IMG/VR virus record: IMGVR_UViG_3300046355_000236
Source: a virus
Lineage: Duplodnaviria; Heunggongvirae; Uroviricota; Caudoviricetes
DNA: 64,000 nt
Strand: one strand, 5' to 3'
Below the pieces are notes generated by a model, which made no database searches, was not told the origin of the DNA, and saw nothing but the letters and a program-made list of their open reading frames with translations. The position numbers and the translations under genes were made by a program. Positions 1 to 8,699 of the stretch are shown one piece after another (position 1 is the first letter of the stretch; each line of letters opens with the position of its first letter).

Positions 1-1598
1 AATCTGGCTAGTTCGGGATTGTTAGATGTAGGGTCTCTATGTCCAGCCTTTACAAGAGCTTGGGCGACCGTAATGTCTTCGCCTCTCTTGGCTGCCTGGT
101 TAACAGCAATAGCTCCACCGGCACCGATGTAGTGAGCCATGTACATATTACCTGGTGTAGGAGCAACGCCAGCACCCTGCAAAGTATTTTTGTTCTGTTG
201 TTGGAGGATGTCATTCATCTTCTCTTGGTTGGCAGGTGAGAACTTATCGTTCATACTCAATCCTGCTTTTTCAACCAAACCACCTTTACCGAACAATGTG
301 TTAGGCATGAACTGATACTTACCTACAGCACCTGTTCCTTGTTTTTGGAAGTTACGAGTCGTTTGGAATCGCTGTACTTCTGCAAGTGTCATTTCGGAAA
401 GGCTTTTACCGCCAAACTCTTTAGCGGTAACCAAACCAATACTGTTGGAAATTTCACCAGACTGTTTATCAGCTCTATCCCCGAACGCTACATCATAGTT
501 GTTACCAGACTCTGCAGCTCCGATACCACCTGTACCGCTTACACCAGGACGCATCCCAGGTACTGGCTTGGCATCATAGACAGGTGCAAGACCGTTAGCG
601 ATAGCAACTTGGTTTTCAATTGTGTCAGCATCAGGTGTGTTGACTTCGTTTCCATTAGAATCCAAATATGTGCGCTGGCTACCTCTTCCAGCACCTGCAG
701 TAGAAAGACTCTTTGGTATAATAGGAGCTGGAATTTTAACTGGCTTCTTGTCAGGAATGACTTCGCCAACAGTCTCTAGGTACTTTTTACGCAGTGCTGG
801 TGAGCATTTGTCTATAATGTAGTATAGATCTGCTTCTGGTGAAAATTCACGGATAAAGGCAGCGGCTTGAGCGCCGTTCCATTTTTCCTTTATCAATACG
901 CTCATGATGTCATCAGCGACACCCTGTGTAATAGTTGATCTAGCCTTTAAAGCTTCGCGCTGGTTCATTGCCCCCGCTTCACGAAGATTCGTCGCTTCTC
1001 CGCGTCTTACACGGTTAATAGGAGCACTTCTTGCACTAGGATCTTCCAACCCTCTATTGGCAAGGAACTTAGCAACTGCAGCCAGCACACCCGTCACTAG
1101 ACCACCAACAACAAGAGGACTCGATAACGCTCTGATTAAACCAGCTCCTCTTGCCGCATCTCCAAGCAGCCCACCTTCTTTGTTGCCGCCTGCTATCTTT
1201 TCAAGTGTTGCTTCTTCGCTTATTGCTTGCTCACGAGACTTTGCAATTCTCATGTCACGTCGTGTTTGTTCCATCGACGTTAATTGTGCATTCAATATAC
1301 CAGCAATGTTGTAGAGATTATCGGATACATTCTGAGCAATGATCTCTACTCTCATCATAGTAGCTGCCATTTGCTGTTGGGTTTGCAGAACAGTTGCACC
1401 CATCATTCCACGTTGATCAACCTTACCAAACATCTTTTCTGACGTGGATTGCATAACACGTCCAACAAGACTACCACCAAAAGCATTGCCGATTACTTGG
1501 TGGGATTTTTCAGCGGCGTATTCTTTAGCAACAGATTTAATAGACTCTGCTGTCTGTTTAATTACAGAGTTGTTGCCTTTGGTTTTTTTCGTGGCCAT
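1..1598 (-). CDS. Baseplate hub / tape-measure-like protein (positional gp29 analogue) with lysozyme-like muramidase/transglycosylase domain; runs off window start
   Basis: Not in the ORF track because it has no stop in the window. Hand translation from ATG 1598 (MATKKTKGNNSVIKQ...) is open to base 1 and contains AAESGNNYDVAFG...LSEMTLAEVQRFQ...GAVGKYQFMPNTL...FSPANQEKM...MYMAHYIGAGGA (lysozyme-like motifs, about nt 120-520). Lies downstream of the gp26/gp51-like gene. Confidence 0.75.
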   Translation of the reverse strand, partial: MATKKTKGNNSVIKQTAESIKSVAKEYAAEKSHQVIGNAFGGSLVGRVMQSTSEKMFGKVDQRGMMGATVLQTQQQMAATMMRVEIIAQNVSDNLYNIAGILNAQLTSMEQTRRDMRIAKSREQAISEEATLEKIAGGNKEGGLLGDAARGAGLIRALSSPLVVGGLVTGVLAAVAKFLANRGLEDPSARSAPINRVRRGEATNLREAGAMNQREALKARSTITQGVADDIMSVLIKEKWNGAQAAAFIREFSPEADLYYIIDKCSPALRKKYLETVGEVIPDKKPVKIPAPIIPKSLSTAGAGRGSQRTYLDSNGNEVNTPDADTIENQVAIANGLAPVYDAKPVPGMRPGVSGTGGIGAAESGNNYDVAFGDRADKQSGEISNSIGLVTAKEFGGKSLSEMTLAEVQRFQTTRNFQKQGTGAVGKYQFMPNTLFGKGGLVEKAGLSMNDKFSPANQEKMNDILQQQNKNTLQGAGVAPTPGNMYMAHYIGAGGAIAVNQAAKRGEDITVAQALVKAGHRDPTSNNPELAR

Positions 1599-1775
1599 TT
1601 AACTGTTTAGTCTTTGTTGTTCTTGTTCTAGGTAATCCTTGAGCATATCGACATACAAATCGCGTTCGTATGGGTACATATGTTCAATTTCAGTTAATGA
1701 GTATTTATGGTGCTGGATCAGGCTAAAACACAACGTATAGTAATTGGGCACACTATTGTGGTTTAGCCCAACGAG
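1599..1775 (-). CDS. 58-codon -1-frame extension of the upstream baseplate hub chaperone (LVGLNHNSVPNYYTLCFSLIQHHKYSLTEIEHMYPYERDLYVDML...)
   Basis: Open frame directly after the slippery heptamer, ending in TAA (1601-1599) that abuts the next ATG (1598). I recognise the QHHKYSLTEIE.M.P.ERD.Y motif as the small conserved ORF that follows this gene in T4-like phages. Confidence 0.7.
   Translation of the reverse strand, partial: LVGLNHNSVPNYYTLCFSLIQHHKYSLTEIEHMYPYERDLYVDMLKDYLEQEQQRLNS
1702..1709 (-). promoter_or_regulatory. T4-type late promoter variant CATAAATA embedded in the H-K-Y codons
   Basis: Plus-strand TATTTATG at 1702-1709, about 100 nt upstream of the ATG at 1598. Confidence 0.5.
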
Positions 1776-2473
1776 AAAAAATCTTGTAAGTTTCTTAGAA
1801 CAATTTCACGTTGGTTGCCCAGCTTATTGACATACTCAATTTTATGTTCAATCTTTGGCATGTTGTCAAAGAATGCTTGAATCTTCTCAAATGTCTTAAC
1901 ATCTAAATCGTTGAGAAATTCTTCCATCTCTTTTGCGGTGTAGTCGGAGGCCTTAAAAACCTCATCAGATGTGTATACCTTATCTACACATTGCTTCATA
2001 AGCTCGAATGTGAAATCTGTCATGGTATCGACGTTACCCATCTTTTCTGTGACACCAATTTGAGGGTATTTCAACACGATACCTAAATCATCGTTTACGG
2101 TGATTGTATTGGTAGTGTTTGTAGAAGATGTTACCTCGATATCTTCGAGATCAATATCAAATGAATATACTTCTTCATCCTCAGCATCGCGGTAGCTAAG
2201 TGTTACGATATTGTTAACAGACTTAGAGCGCAGCTTCAAAAAGAAATACTCAAGATCAAATGTGGTAAAAGATTCCACATCCACTTTATCAGTGACGATA
2301 CAATTGTTGATAACTTGTTTGATTGCGCGTAACGTCTCCGCCACATCATTAGCCGCTTGCGCAACAAGAAGAATCTTTTCTTCTTTGACTAAAAATGGAC
2401 GATATGTAATCTGCTGCTGTGTTGATGGTAATGTCAATACAAAAGTTGGGTGTTCTAGTTTTGGTAGTCCCAC
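1763..2473 (-). CDS. T4 baseplate hub subunit / assembly chaperone (gp26/gp51 family)
   Basis: MGLPKLEHPTFVLTLPS...YRPFLVKEEKILL...FDLEYFFLKLRSKSV and terminal L..LQDFF are typical of this family; synteny with gp54. Confidence 0.8.
   Translation of the reverse strand: MGLPKLEHPTFVLTLPSTQQQITYRPFLVKEEKILLVAQAANDVAETLRAIKQVINNCIVTDKVDVESFTTFDLEYFFLKLRSKSVNNIVTLSYRDAEDEEVYSFDIDLEDIEVTSSTNTTNTITVNDDLGIVLKYPQIGVTEKMGNVDTMTDFTFELMKQCVDKVYTSDEVFKASDYTAKEMEEFLNDLDVKTFEKIQAFFDNMPKIEHKIEYVNKLGNQREIVLRNLQDFFSLG
1775..1781 (-). other. Putative -1 ribosomal frameshift heptamer T TTT TTC
   Basis: Minus strand reads GAT TTT TTC TCG TTG GGC TAA in the 236-aa frame, an X XXY YYZ pattern four codons before the stop. 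Confidence 0.65.
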
Positions 2474-2490
2474 AATTCACTCCTAATAAT

Positions 2491-3315
2491 TTAAAATAAG
2501 TTTTTTACCGTCGACGCTGAGCTCAATGCTTGTTGTACGTTGGAAGGACGCTTCAAAGATGAGATTACTTGCACTGCTGTGCCAATCTTTACCAGCTTTT
2601 GTAGTAGAGACAGCTCCTGGATACCGTTGCCCGTATCTGCAATAGGAGGATCTTCTGCGTTTCGTAGTTGTGCGGTTCTAAAGGTAAACTGCACACTGAA
2701 TTCCATCATCCCTTCACCACCCCAATCCAGATCGACCTCTGTAATGTTTATAGGGTATGCGCTGATTAAACGGTTGATCAGGACTTCCTTGCCCTGCTCG
2801 TTGTATGTGTTGATATCAATGTCGGTGGCATAGTCTTCTCTGAAATCAACCTCAAATGCTTCCTTAGCGTTGCTGTCAGTTTGACCATAAAGAGCGCTAT
2901 AGTCGCCTCTTACAATGTTCTGGATCCAGTTGTAGAAGAATTTGTAGACTTCACCCTTACCATCGCCGATAAACTTGATTGTTATATCGTTGTGTTCGAT
3001 GCCGTATGCAAATTTATCAGAGACGCCATAGCCGTAGCGCTTTACACTGCTCGTTTGAATGTAGTATCCAGGGAGTTGTGCTGCGTGACCAAAAAGAGAT
3101 ATCTTTGCTGCTGCATCAGCCTTCTTTCCGATCAATACTTTTGGCGCATTGATCGTTACATCGAAAAGGTTTGTTCGAGCAACAGAGGAGCTTCTTACCT
3201 GAGCAAGAAACTCATTCATCTTACCTGATGAGCTACCTTTTGGCTTTTCACCAAAAAGAGATTTAAGTGCTGCCACTGTTCCGACAGCATTCATTGCTGT
3301 ATTAAGCAAAGCCAT
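2491..3315 (-). CDS. gp54: Baseplate-tail tube initiator, gp54-like
   Basis: ARTNLFDV, AQLPG, YP..I..V.LDW and F.VQFTF motifs of the tube-initiator fold; synteny. Confidence 0.7.
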   Translation of the reverse strand: MALLNTAMNAVGTVAALKSLFGEKPKGSSSGKMNEFLAQVRSSSVARTNLFDVTINAPKVLIGKKADAAAKISLFGHAAQLPGYYIQTSSVKRYGYGVSDKFAYGIEHNDITIKFIGDGKGEVYKFFYNWIQNIVRGDYSALYGQTDSNAKEAFEVDFREDYATDIDINTYNEQGKEVLINRLISAYPINITEVDLDWGGEGMMEFSVQFTFRTAQLRNAEDPPIADTGNGIQELSLLQKLVKIGTAVQVISSLKRPSNVQQALSSASTVKNLF

Positions 3316-3317
3316 TT

Positions 3318-3920
3318 TTATCCTCGTACTTTATTTCGACTATCTCTATACACTTGCTGCTTCGAGGCACCGACGAATCGTTCAAGAGGAAGAAACAGCA
3401 CTCTATCCCATGCATCAGCGGGCACAGAAATAAAGCGTGACCGGACGTGGCTATTTAGGTAGTGCTTTACACATGGAGTAAAATACTTAAACTTAGATGC
3501 GCTGTTCAGAATGTTATAGGACAACTTTAACTTCATTGAATCGTCAAAGTTAAGGTTGTTTGCTAACGAATACAATTGATCCATTAGCTTTGCACGGAGC
3601 AAAGGTGGAAGGTAGTGCATATTGATACCGTAGAAACCACCCTTTACACGTCGGAAAGGAAAGATAAGTGGGAACTTATCATAGTACGGTAGATCTTCTT
3701 TTGTTTTAGGGTCGTATGCAAATAGATACATGCGGCCGACTGTAATTTGTGATACTAGACGGTCTTCGGCAATATTGACAATACGCTGTGGAGACACTTG
3801 CGAAAGCGAACGTGAAGTCTGTTGTGTCAACCACTCAACAGATTTGCTGGTGGCTGTCTTTGGATCCGCTGTAGTATTCAGCAGGTCCTGATATATCTGT
3901 TGTTGTTTAGAGATTGTCAT
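3318..3920 (-). CDS. gp2: DNA end protector protein
   Basis: GRMYLFAYDPKTKEDLPYYDKFPLIF...GINMHYLPP...CVKHYL motif; adjacent to gp4. Confidence 0.85.
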   Translation of the reverse strand: MTISKQQQIYQDLLNTTADPKTATSKSVEWLTQQTSRSLSQVSPQRIVNIAEDRLVSQITVGRMYLFAYDPKTKEDLPYYDKFPLIFPFRRVKGGFYGINMHYLPPLLRAKLMDQLYSLANNLNFDDSMKLKLSYNILNSASKFKYFTPCVKHYLNSHVRSRFISVPADAWDRVLFLPLERFVGASKQQVYRDSRNKVRG

Positions 3921-4360
3921 TAGAATTTAATTCCGAGTTCGTGTTCGGTCATTATTAGAAACGTCCATTTACGGTCAGCACAGAATTGTCTAGCCGCTTC
4001 CCATTTAGCGCTGTTTATACCCCATGTGTAAACTTCACGGATGTATTGTTTAGTCTGCTTTGTTTGTGGTGTTGGTGCCTTTGTTTCCTTATAAGGCTTT
4101 ATTTCCACTACGACTCTTTCTATTTTACCATCAGCGTTCTGCTTTTTCAACAAAAAGTCCGGAAAATATCTATGGATCTTGTTGTCAATTGGCGAGCGAT
4201 ATGGTATTGAAAACTCCTCACTAGACCATTCCAATACATCTTGGTGGGAGTCTAAATAACCCATAAACTTCAATTCCCACCGGCTTCGGTAGATAATGTT
4301 TAATGGATCGCCCTGGTATTTTGCAGGATTGCGCGGTTTGAAGAAGCCTTTATAACTCAT
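3920..4360 (-). CDS. gp4: Head completion nuclease
   Basis: YKGFFKPRNPAKYQGDP..IIYRSRWE, WSSEE, RYFPDF, EIKP, N.AKWEAA motifs. Confidence 0.92.
   Translation of the reverse strand: MSYKGFFKPRNPAKYQGDPLNIIYRSRWELKFMGYLDSHQDVLEWSSEEFSIPYRSPIDNKIHRYFPDFLLKKQNADGKIERVVVEIKPYKETKAPTPQTKQTKQYIREVYTWGINSAKWEAARQFCADRKWTFLIMTEHELGIKF
4252..4258 (+). promoter_or_regulatory. Late promoter variant CTAAATA inside gp4, facing gp48
   Basis: Motif match; gp4 and gp48 diverge with only 13 nt between them. Confidence 0.35.
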
Positions 4361-4366
4361 AGGAAA

Positions 4367-4374
4367 TATTTATA
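4367..4374 (-). promoter_or_regulatory. T4 late promoter TATAAATA upstream of gp4
   Basis: Plus-strand TATTTATA, an exact reverse complement of the consensus. Confidence 0.6.
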
Positions 4375-5390
4375 TGTCTGATCCGTCTGGCTTATATAGC
4401 ACGGCTTCAACAATTGCGGATAAAATGGGCATTCAAAAGATATCAGACGCACTCAAATCCGGTGTTGGAAAGATATCTGATGCTTTAGGTAGCGCTACAA
4501 AGAAAGCAACATCGTTTCCAGTAAACGATAAGAAAGCAACCGCACCAACATCTTCGAGCCAAAAGCGCCCGGAAGAAGTCCGCCCTGTGAAATATCAAGG
4601 AGCATTGACGTTCCCTGCTGAGTTGAAATACTTCACGATGTTTACTTTCAAGAAGTATAAACGTGTTGATATTTTCGAAGATAAAAAGGAATTGTCAGAT
4701 GTCACCATCATCCTCCCAGTTCCTAGCAACATTTCTGAAAACTTTGGTGTAACATACGACACACCAGCACTGGGACCTATTGCTGGTCAGCTTGGTGATA
4801 CCGCTATTGCGATTGGTCGTGAAATGGCCGGGCAGGGTGGGACACAGGACTTTAGACAGCGTATCCAAGACACCAATGCTGCGATGGCGAAGCTAAGTGG
4901 TGCTCAGGGTGCCTATGTGTTGGCGCGTGGCGCTGTTACGTCTGGTAATGAAACTGGTATTTTGGATCGAGCACTAGGTGTTATTCCTAACCCTCATCTT
5001 GCTACAGTGTTCAGTAACGTGGGGCTACGCCAACATTCATTCTCATACCGTCTGATTCCTTCTAACGCTAAAGAGCTGGAGACGATCAAGAAGATTATTT
5101 ATAACTTCAAAACAAGAATGCTTCCAGGTCTATTGAATGACTCAAACTTCCTGTTTACCTTTCCTGCAACATGCGAAATTAAAATGATTGCTGGTAACAA
5201 AGACATTGTGAAGATGAAAGAATGCGTGCTCGAAAGTTTGAATATCAACTACTCACCAAATGGACCGGCTTTTTTCAAAACAGGTGATCCTGTTGAAGTA
5301 ATTATCGATATGGTATTCAAAGAAGTGAGTGTATTTACTCGTGAAGATGTCGAACCTTTAACAACAATGCAAGACGCACCGAACCCATAA
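4374..5390 (+). CDS. gp48: Baseplate tail tube cap
   Basis: I.LPVP..I.E, NPH...F..V.LR.HSFSY.L.P.N..E...I..II..FK..MLP, CVLES..INYSPNG motifs. Confidence 0.8.
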   Translation: MSDPSGLYSTASTIADKMGIQKISDALKSGVGKISDALGSATKKATSFPVNDKKATAPTSSSQKRPEEVRPVKYQGALTFPAELKYFTMFTFKKYKRVDIFEDKKELSDVTIILPVPSNISENFGVTYDTPALGPIAGQLGDTAIAIGREMAGQGGTQDFRQRIQDTNAAMAKLSGAQGAYVLARGAVTSGNETGILDRALGVIPNPHLATVFSNVGLRQHSFSYRLIPSNAKELETIKKIIYNFKTRMLPGLLNDSNFLFTFPATCEIKMIAGNKDIVKMKECVLESLNINYSPNGPAFFKTGDPVEVIIDMVFKEVSVFTREDVEPLTTMQDAPNP

Positions 5391-5391
5391 T

Positions 5392-6207
5392 ATGTCTAGT
5401 TTCTTTTCATACTTCCCATCGCTGATATATGATGACAAGGCAGTAACAAATGTTATTGCAAAGGTCAAATTCAAAGAAAGCATTATTCGTAACGCAGCTT
5501 TGTTTTATCCATATACCGTTATCGATAATGAACGCCCAGATCAAATTGCTGAGCGGTATTATAATGACTCATCATATGATTGGGTGATCTATATGGCTAA
5601 CGACATTACAGATCCATACTATGAGTGGCCCCGTAGTGATGATGAAGTCAATAATCTTTTGATTACTAAGTTTGGTAATGTGGCAAACTCACAAGCACAA
5701 ATATCACATTATATGATTAACTACACAACTGATGATAGGGTGATATCAACAGCTGCATATGATGCTCTAGCTACAAATGTCAAGAAATACTGGCAACCAA
5801 TCATTGGTTACAATGACACGATTATCAACTATCAGCGGAAACCGCTTGATATGTTTGTTGAAACTAATAGAGTGGTAGGATTAACTGGTACGTTCAGCAA
5901 TGTGTATGTAAATGATATCATCACACAAAGCAGTGCTCGTGGAACAGTTGCGTTTGCAAATACAACCAATTTGACTATTAGACACGTGACAGGAACATTT
6001 GCAAACGGATCTATTAGCCAAGGCAATATCACAAACACGACAGTGATTAGTGAAACTATTCCTTTGGATGAGTTTGCGTACTGGACTCCTGTGTCTGCTT
6101 ATGAAGCGGCCCACATGGAAAATGAGAGCCGTAAAACTATCCGTGTGTTATCGCCATCCTACTTAGATGTGGTTGAGCGTGATATGAAAGAGTTGTTGAC
6201 AGCATGA
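5392..6207 (+). CDS. gp53: Baseplate wedge subunit with a sequon-rich insertion
   Basis: FFSYFP, ERPDQIAERYY, YDWVI..ANDI.DPYYEWP LysM-like motif, C-terminal E.NE.RK.IRVL. Confidence 0.85.
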   Translation: MSSFFSYFPSLIYDDKAVTNVIAKVKFKESIIRNAALFYPYTVIDNERPDQIAERYYNDSSYDWVIYMANDITDPYYEWPRSDDEVNNLLITKFGNVANSQAQISHYMINYTTDDRVISTAAYDALATNVKKYWQPIIGYNDTIINYQRKPLDMFVETNRVVGLTGTFSNVYVNDIITQSSARGTVAFANTTNLTIRHVTGTFANGSISQGNITNTTVISETIPLDEFAYWTPVSAYEAAHMENESRKTIRVLSPSYLDVVERDMKELLTA

Positions 6208-7445
6208 AGCGCGTAGAAAACGGTGACGTTAAGCTCCTTAAATTGGAGATGACGAATAAAAATATCAGCGCCGGGGTCAATATACTTGACCAAGTGCAAG
6301 GGTTCGATGTGTTTGAAGACATGACGAAACCTACAATGTACGCGTTGTTTTTCATGACGGATTCTATCGGTCTGTTCACCTCGTTCCCGATTATTGGTGA
6401 AGAGACTATCACCGTTGAGTATGGTACGCCTGGTCTAAAACCAACTCGTCAACAATTTAGATGTTTTGAAGTAGCTAACATTGTTCGTTCAGAAAACGGA
6501 AAGCTAATGCACTACATGTTGAAATGTGTAAGTGAGGAACATCTTAACAACGGTACGAATGTCGTAGCTCACAGTTTCAATCAGGCGCTGAGCTCTACTG
6601 TTAGCGATCTTCTGACAACGTTTTTGAAGACTAAAAAGAAGCTAATTGTAGATGACACTAAGGGAACACAGAATATTGTATTCCCAAGAATGGCACCACT
6701 GGTAGCAATTGATATGTGCCGCAGACGCGCGGTTAGTATCTCATATGCATCATCATCATATGTGTTTTTCGAAAACCAACAAGGGTTCAACTTCAAGACA
6801 GTTGAAGGTCTTATCGATGATGGCAAAAAGAGCATCGGCTCTCGTGTGTTCAATTTTAACGAATCGCCAACATCAGATAAGGAAAGTCAGTTTCTATCAA
6901 ACCGCACCGTATTGAGCTTTGAAAATATTACGAGCGTTGATACTGTAAGAAACCTTAATGATGGCATGCACTATGCGGTTGCTGATGTATTCGATATCAA
7001 GCAGAAAAAGTTTTCAACAACAACATTTAAACTGAAAGATGCTTTTGGTAAATTCCAAAAGACTAATGACAAAGACAAAAACGTTAACACTGATGCCTTT
7101 GTATCAGAGTTTGCTAGCACATCGCCACGTCGATTCTTTATACCAAAAGACACATCCCGCCCAGATCAGTTTATCGAGGACATGCTGCCAGTACGTAACT
7201 CATATGTCATGCTGCTGAATCAAAACGTTACACGTATTTTAATTCATGGTGATTCTGGTCTAAAGGCAGGTGATGTAATACGTCTGGAAGCGCCGGAAGC
7301 AACTGGTACAACAGGTAAGAAAAAGCAGGATGAAGTATTAACAGGCAACTATATGATTACTAGATTGCGTCACATGGTGACAAATAGCACAGTACCTAAA
7401 CACGAAGTTGTGTTTGATTGTGTACGAGTTGGAGCAGCAACATGA
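6204..7445 (+). CDS. Baseplate hub protein (gp27-like)
   Basis: FED...P......D..GL...FPIIGEE.I, Y.FFEN..GFNF and G.Y.IT.LRH motifs; located between gp53 and gp5. Confidence 0.7.
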   Translation: MKRVENGDVKLLKLEMTNKNISAGVNILDQVQGFDVFEDMTKPTMYALFFMTDSIGLFTSFPIIGEETITVEYGTPGLKPTRQQFRCFEVANIVRSENGKLMHYMLKCVSEEHLNNGTNVVAHSFNQALSSTVSDLLTTFLKTKKKLIVDDTKGTQNIVFPRMAPLVAIDMCRRRAVSISYASSSYVFFENQQGFNFKTVEGLIDDGKKSIGSRVFNFNESPTSDKESQFLSNRTVLSFENITSVDTVRNLNDGMHYAVADVFDIKQKKFSTTTFKLKDAFGKFQKTNDKDKNVNTDAFVSEFASTSPRRFFIPKDTSRPDQFIEDMLPVRNSYVMLLNQNVTRILIHGDSGLKAGDVIRLEAPEATGTTGKKKQDEVLTGNYMITRLRHMVTNSTVPKHEVVFDCVRVGAAT

Positions 7446-8269
7446 CAACAAAGAGCATGGGTACTGAGGGCTTTAGATGGTTCGTCGGAGTTGTTGAAAA
7501 TAGAGATGACCCCGAGCAGCTTGGCCGTGTGCAGGTACGTGCATATGGATTTCATGGTGATGAGGTTGATACGCCTACCAAGGATTTGCAATGGGCAGTA
7601 TCAATGATGCCAGTGACTACGTCCGGAACCAAGCAAGTTGGTGTTTCGCCTACAGGTATTCAAGTGGGTTCAACAGTAATCGGCTTTTTCATGGATGGCA
7701 ATGAAATGCAAATTCCTGTAATCATGGGAACTTTGTATGGTGCACCTGATAATGTCAATGATATTTCAAAGCTAGCTCTAGGAGCAATGAGTTTAAACAA
7801 GACTCAACTCGGCCCAGAGCCTCCGTCTGCTTACAGTGCGTTTTATCCGTACAACAAAGTAATGCAATCAGAGTCAGGTCACGTAATAGAGGTGGATGAC
7901 ACACCAAATTACGAACGTCTACACGTGTATCATCGCACTGGCACATACATGGAAGTAGATGCTAGTGGCCAGCGCGTAAACAAGATCGTAGGTAATGATT
8001 TTGAAATTATCCAAAAGGATAAAACGGTGTATGTGCAAGGCAATGTTGAAGTTGTTGTAAAAGGCAATGTCAATATCAAAGTGGATGGGTCTTACAACTT
8101 AGACGTCAAAGGACCTATTACTATTCAGGGATCCACTATCAACCTGAACAATGGCACAATGGGTGCGGCACGTATTGGGGATTCTACACTTGATGATGAT
8201 ACAGAAAAGAATGGTCCAGACAACGGTACGATTAATTCTGGTTCCGGCACGGTTATCATAGGAGACTGA
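7442..8269 (+). CDS. gp5: Baseplate central spike (OB-fold + beta-helix), no lysozyme domain, PAAR-like C-terminal tip
   Basis: FRWFVGVVENRDDPEQLGRVQVRAYG, YPYNKVMQSESGHVIEVDDTP..ERLH.YHRTGTY. Start placed at ATG 7442. Confidence 0.9.
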   Translation: MTTKSMGTEGFRWFVGVVENRDDPEQLGRVQVRAYGFHGDEVDTPTKDLQWAVSMMPVTTSGTKQVGVSPTGIQVGSTVIGFFMDGNEMQIPVIMGTLYGAPDNVNDISKLALGAMSLNKTQLGPEPPSAYSAFYPYNKVMQSESGHVIEVDDTPNYERLHVYHRTGTYMEVDASGQRVNKIVGNDFEIIQKDKTVYVQGNVEVVVKGNVNIKVDGSYNLDVKGPITIQGSTINLNNGTMGAARIGDSTLDDDTEKNGPDNGTINSGSGTVIIGD

Positions 8270-8270
8270 C

Positions 8271-8699
8271 ATGGCTATCGTCAGACAAACAGCACAAGAC
8301 ACACTACAAAGTAAACAACCTGAGTTGTTTTCAGACTTCTTAACAGACTTTGACTCTCATCCAGTTAAAAAAGATTTGGTAAAATACACGAACGAAAACG
8401 CCGTCAAACAATCCATAAAGAGTTTAGTGCTCACCAATCGAGGTGAGCGCTTCTTTAACTACTCTTTGGGATGTGATGTGCGCACAATGCTTTTCGAGCA
8501 GTTAACGCCAGCAACAGAGCTTGTTGTGGCAGACCTGATCAAAACGACAATTGAAAATTATGAACCCAGAGCAAGGGTGATTGACGTCGCAGCTAGTGGG
8601 GATTACGACACAGGGACAGTTTTTGTCACTATTGTTTTCTCAATCATAAATAAACAAGAACCTATAACTCTCGAACTAATTCTCGATAGGATCAGATAA
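8271..8699 (+). CDS. gp25: Baseplate wedge subunit / sheath initiator
   Basis: NENAVKQSI..LVLT..GERFF, IENYEPRA motifs. Confidence 0.9.
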   Translation: MAIVRQTAQDTLQSKQPELFSDFLTDFDSHPVKKDLVKYTNENAVKQSIKSLVLTNRGERFFNYSLGCDVRTMLFEQLTPATELVVADLIKTTIENYEPRARVIDVAASGDYDTGTVFVTIVFSIINKQEPITLELILDRIR

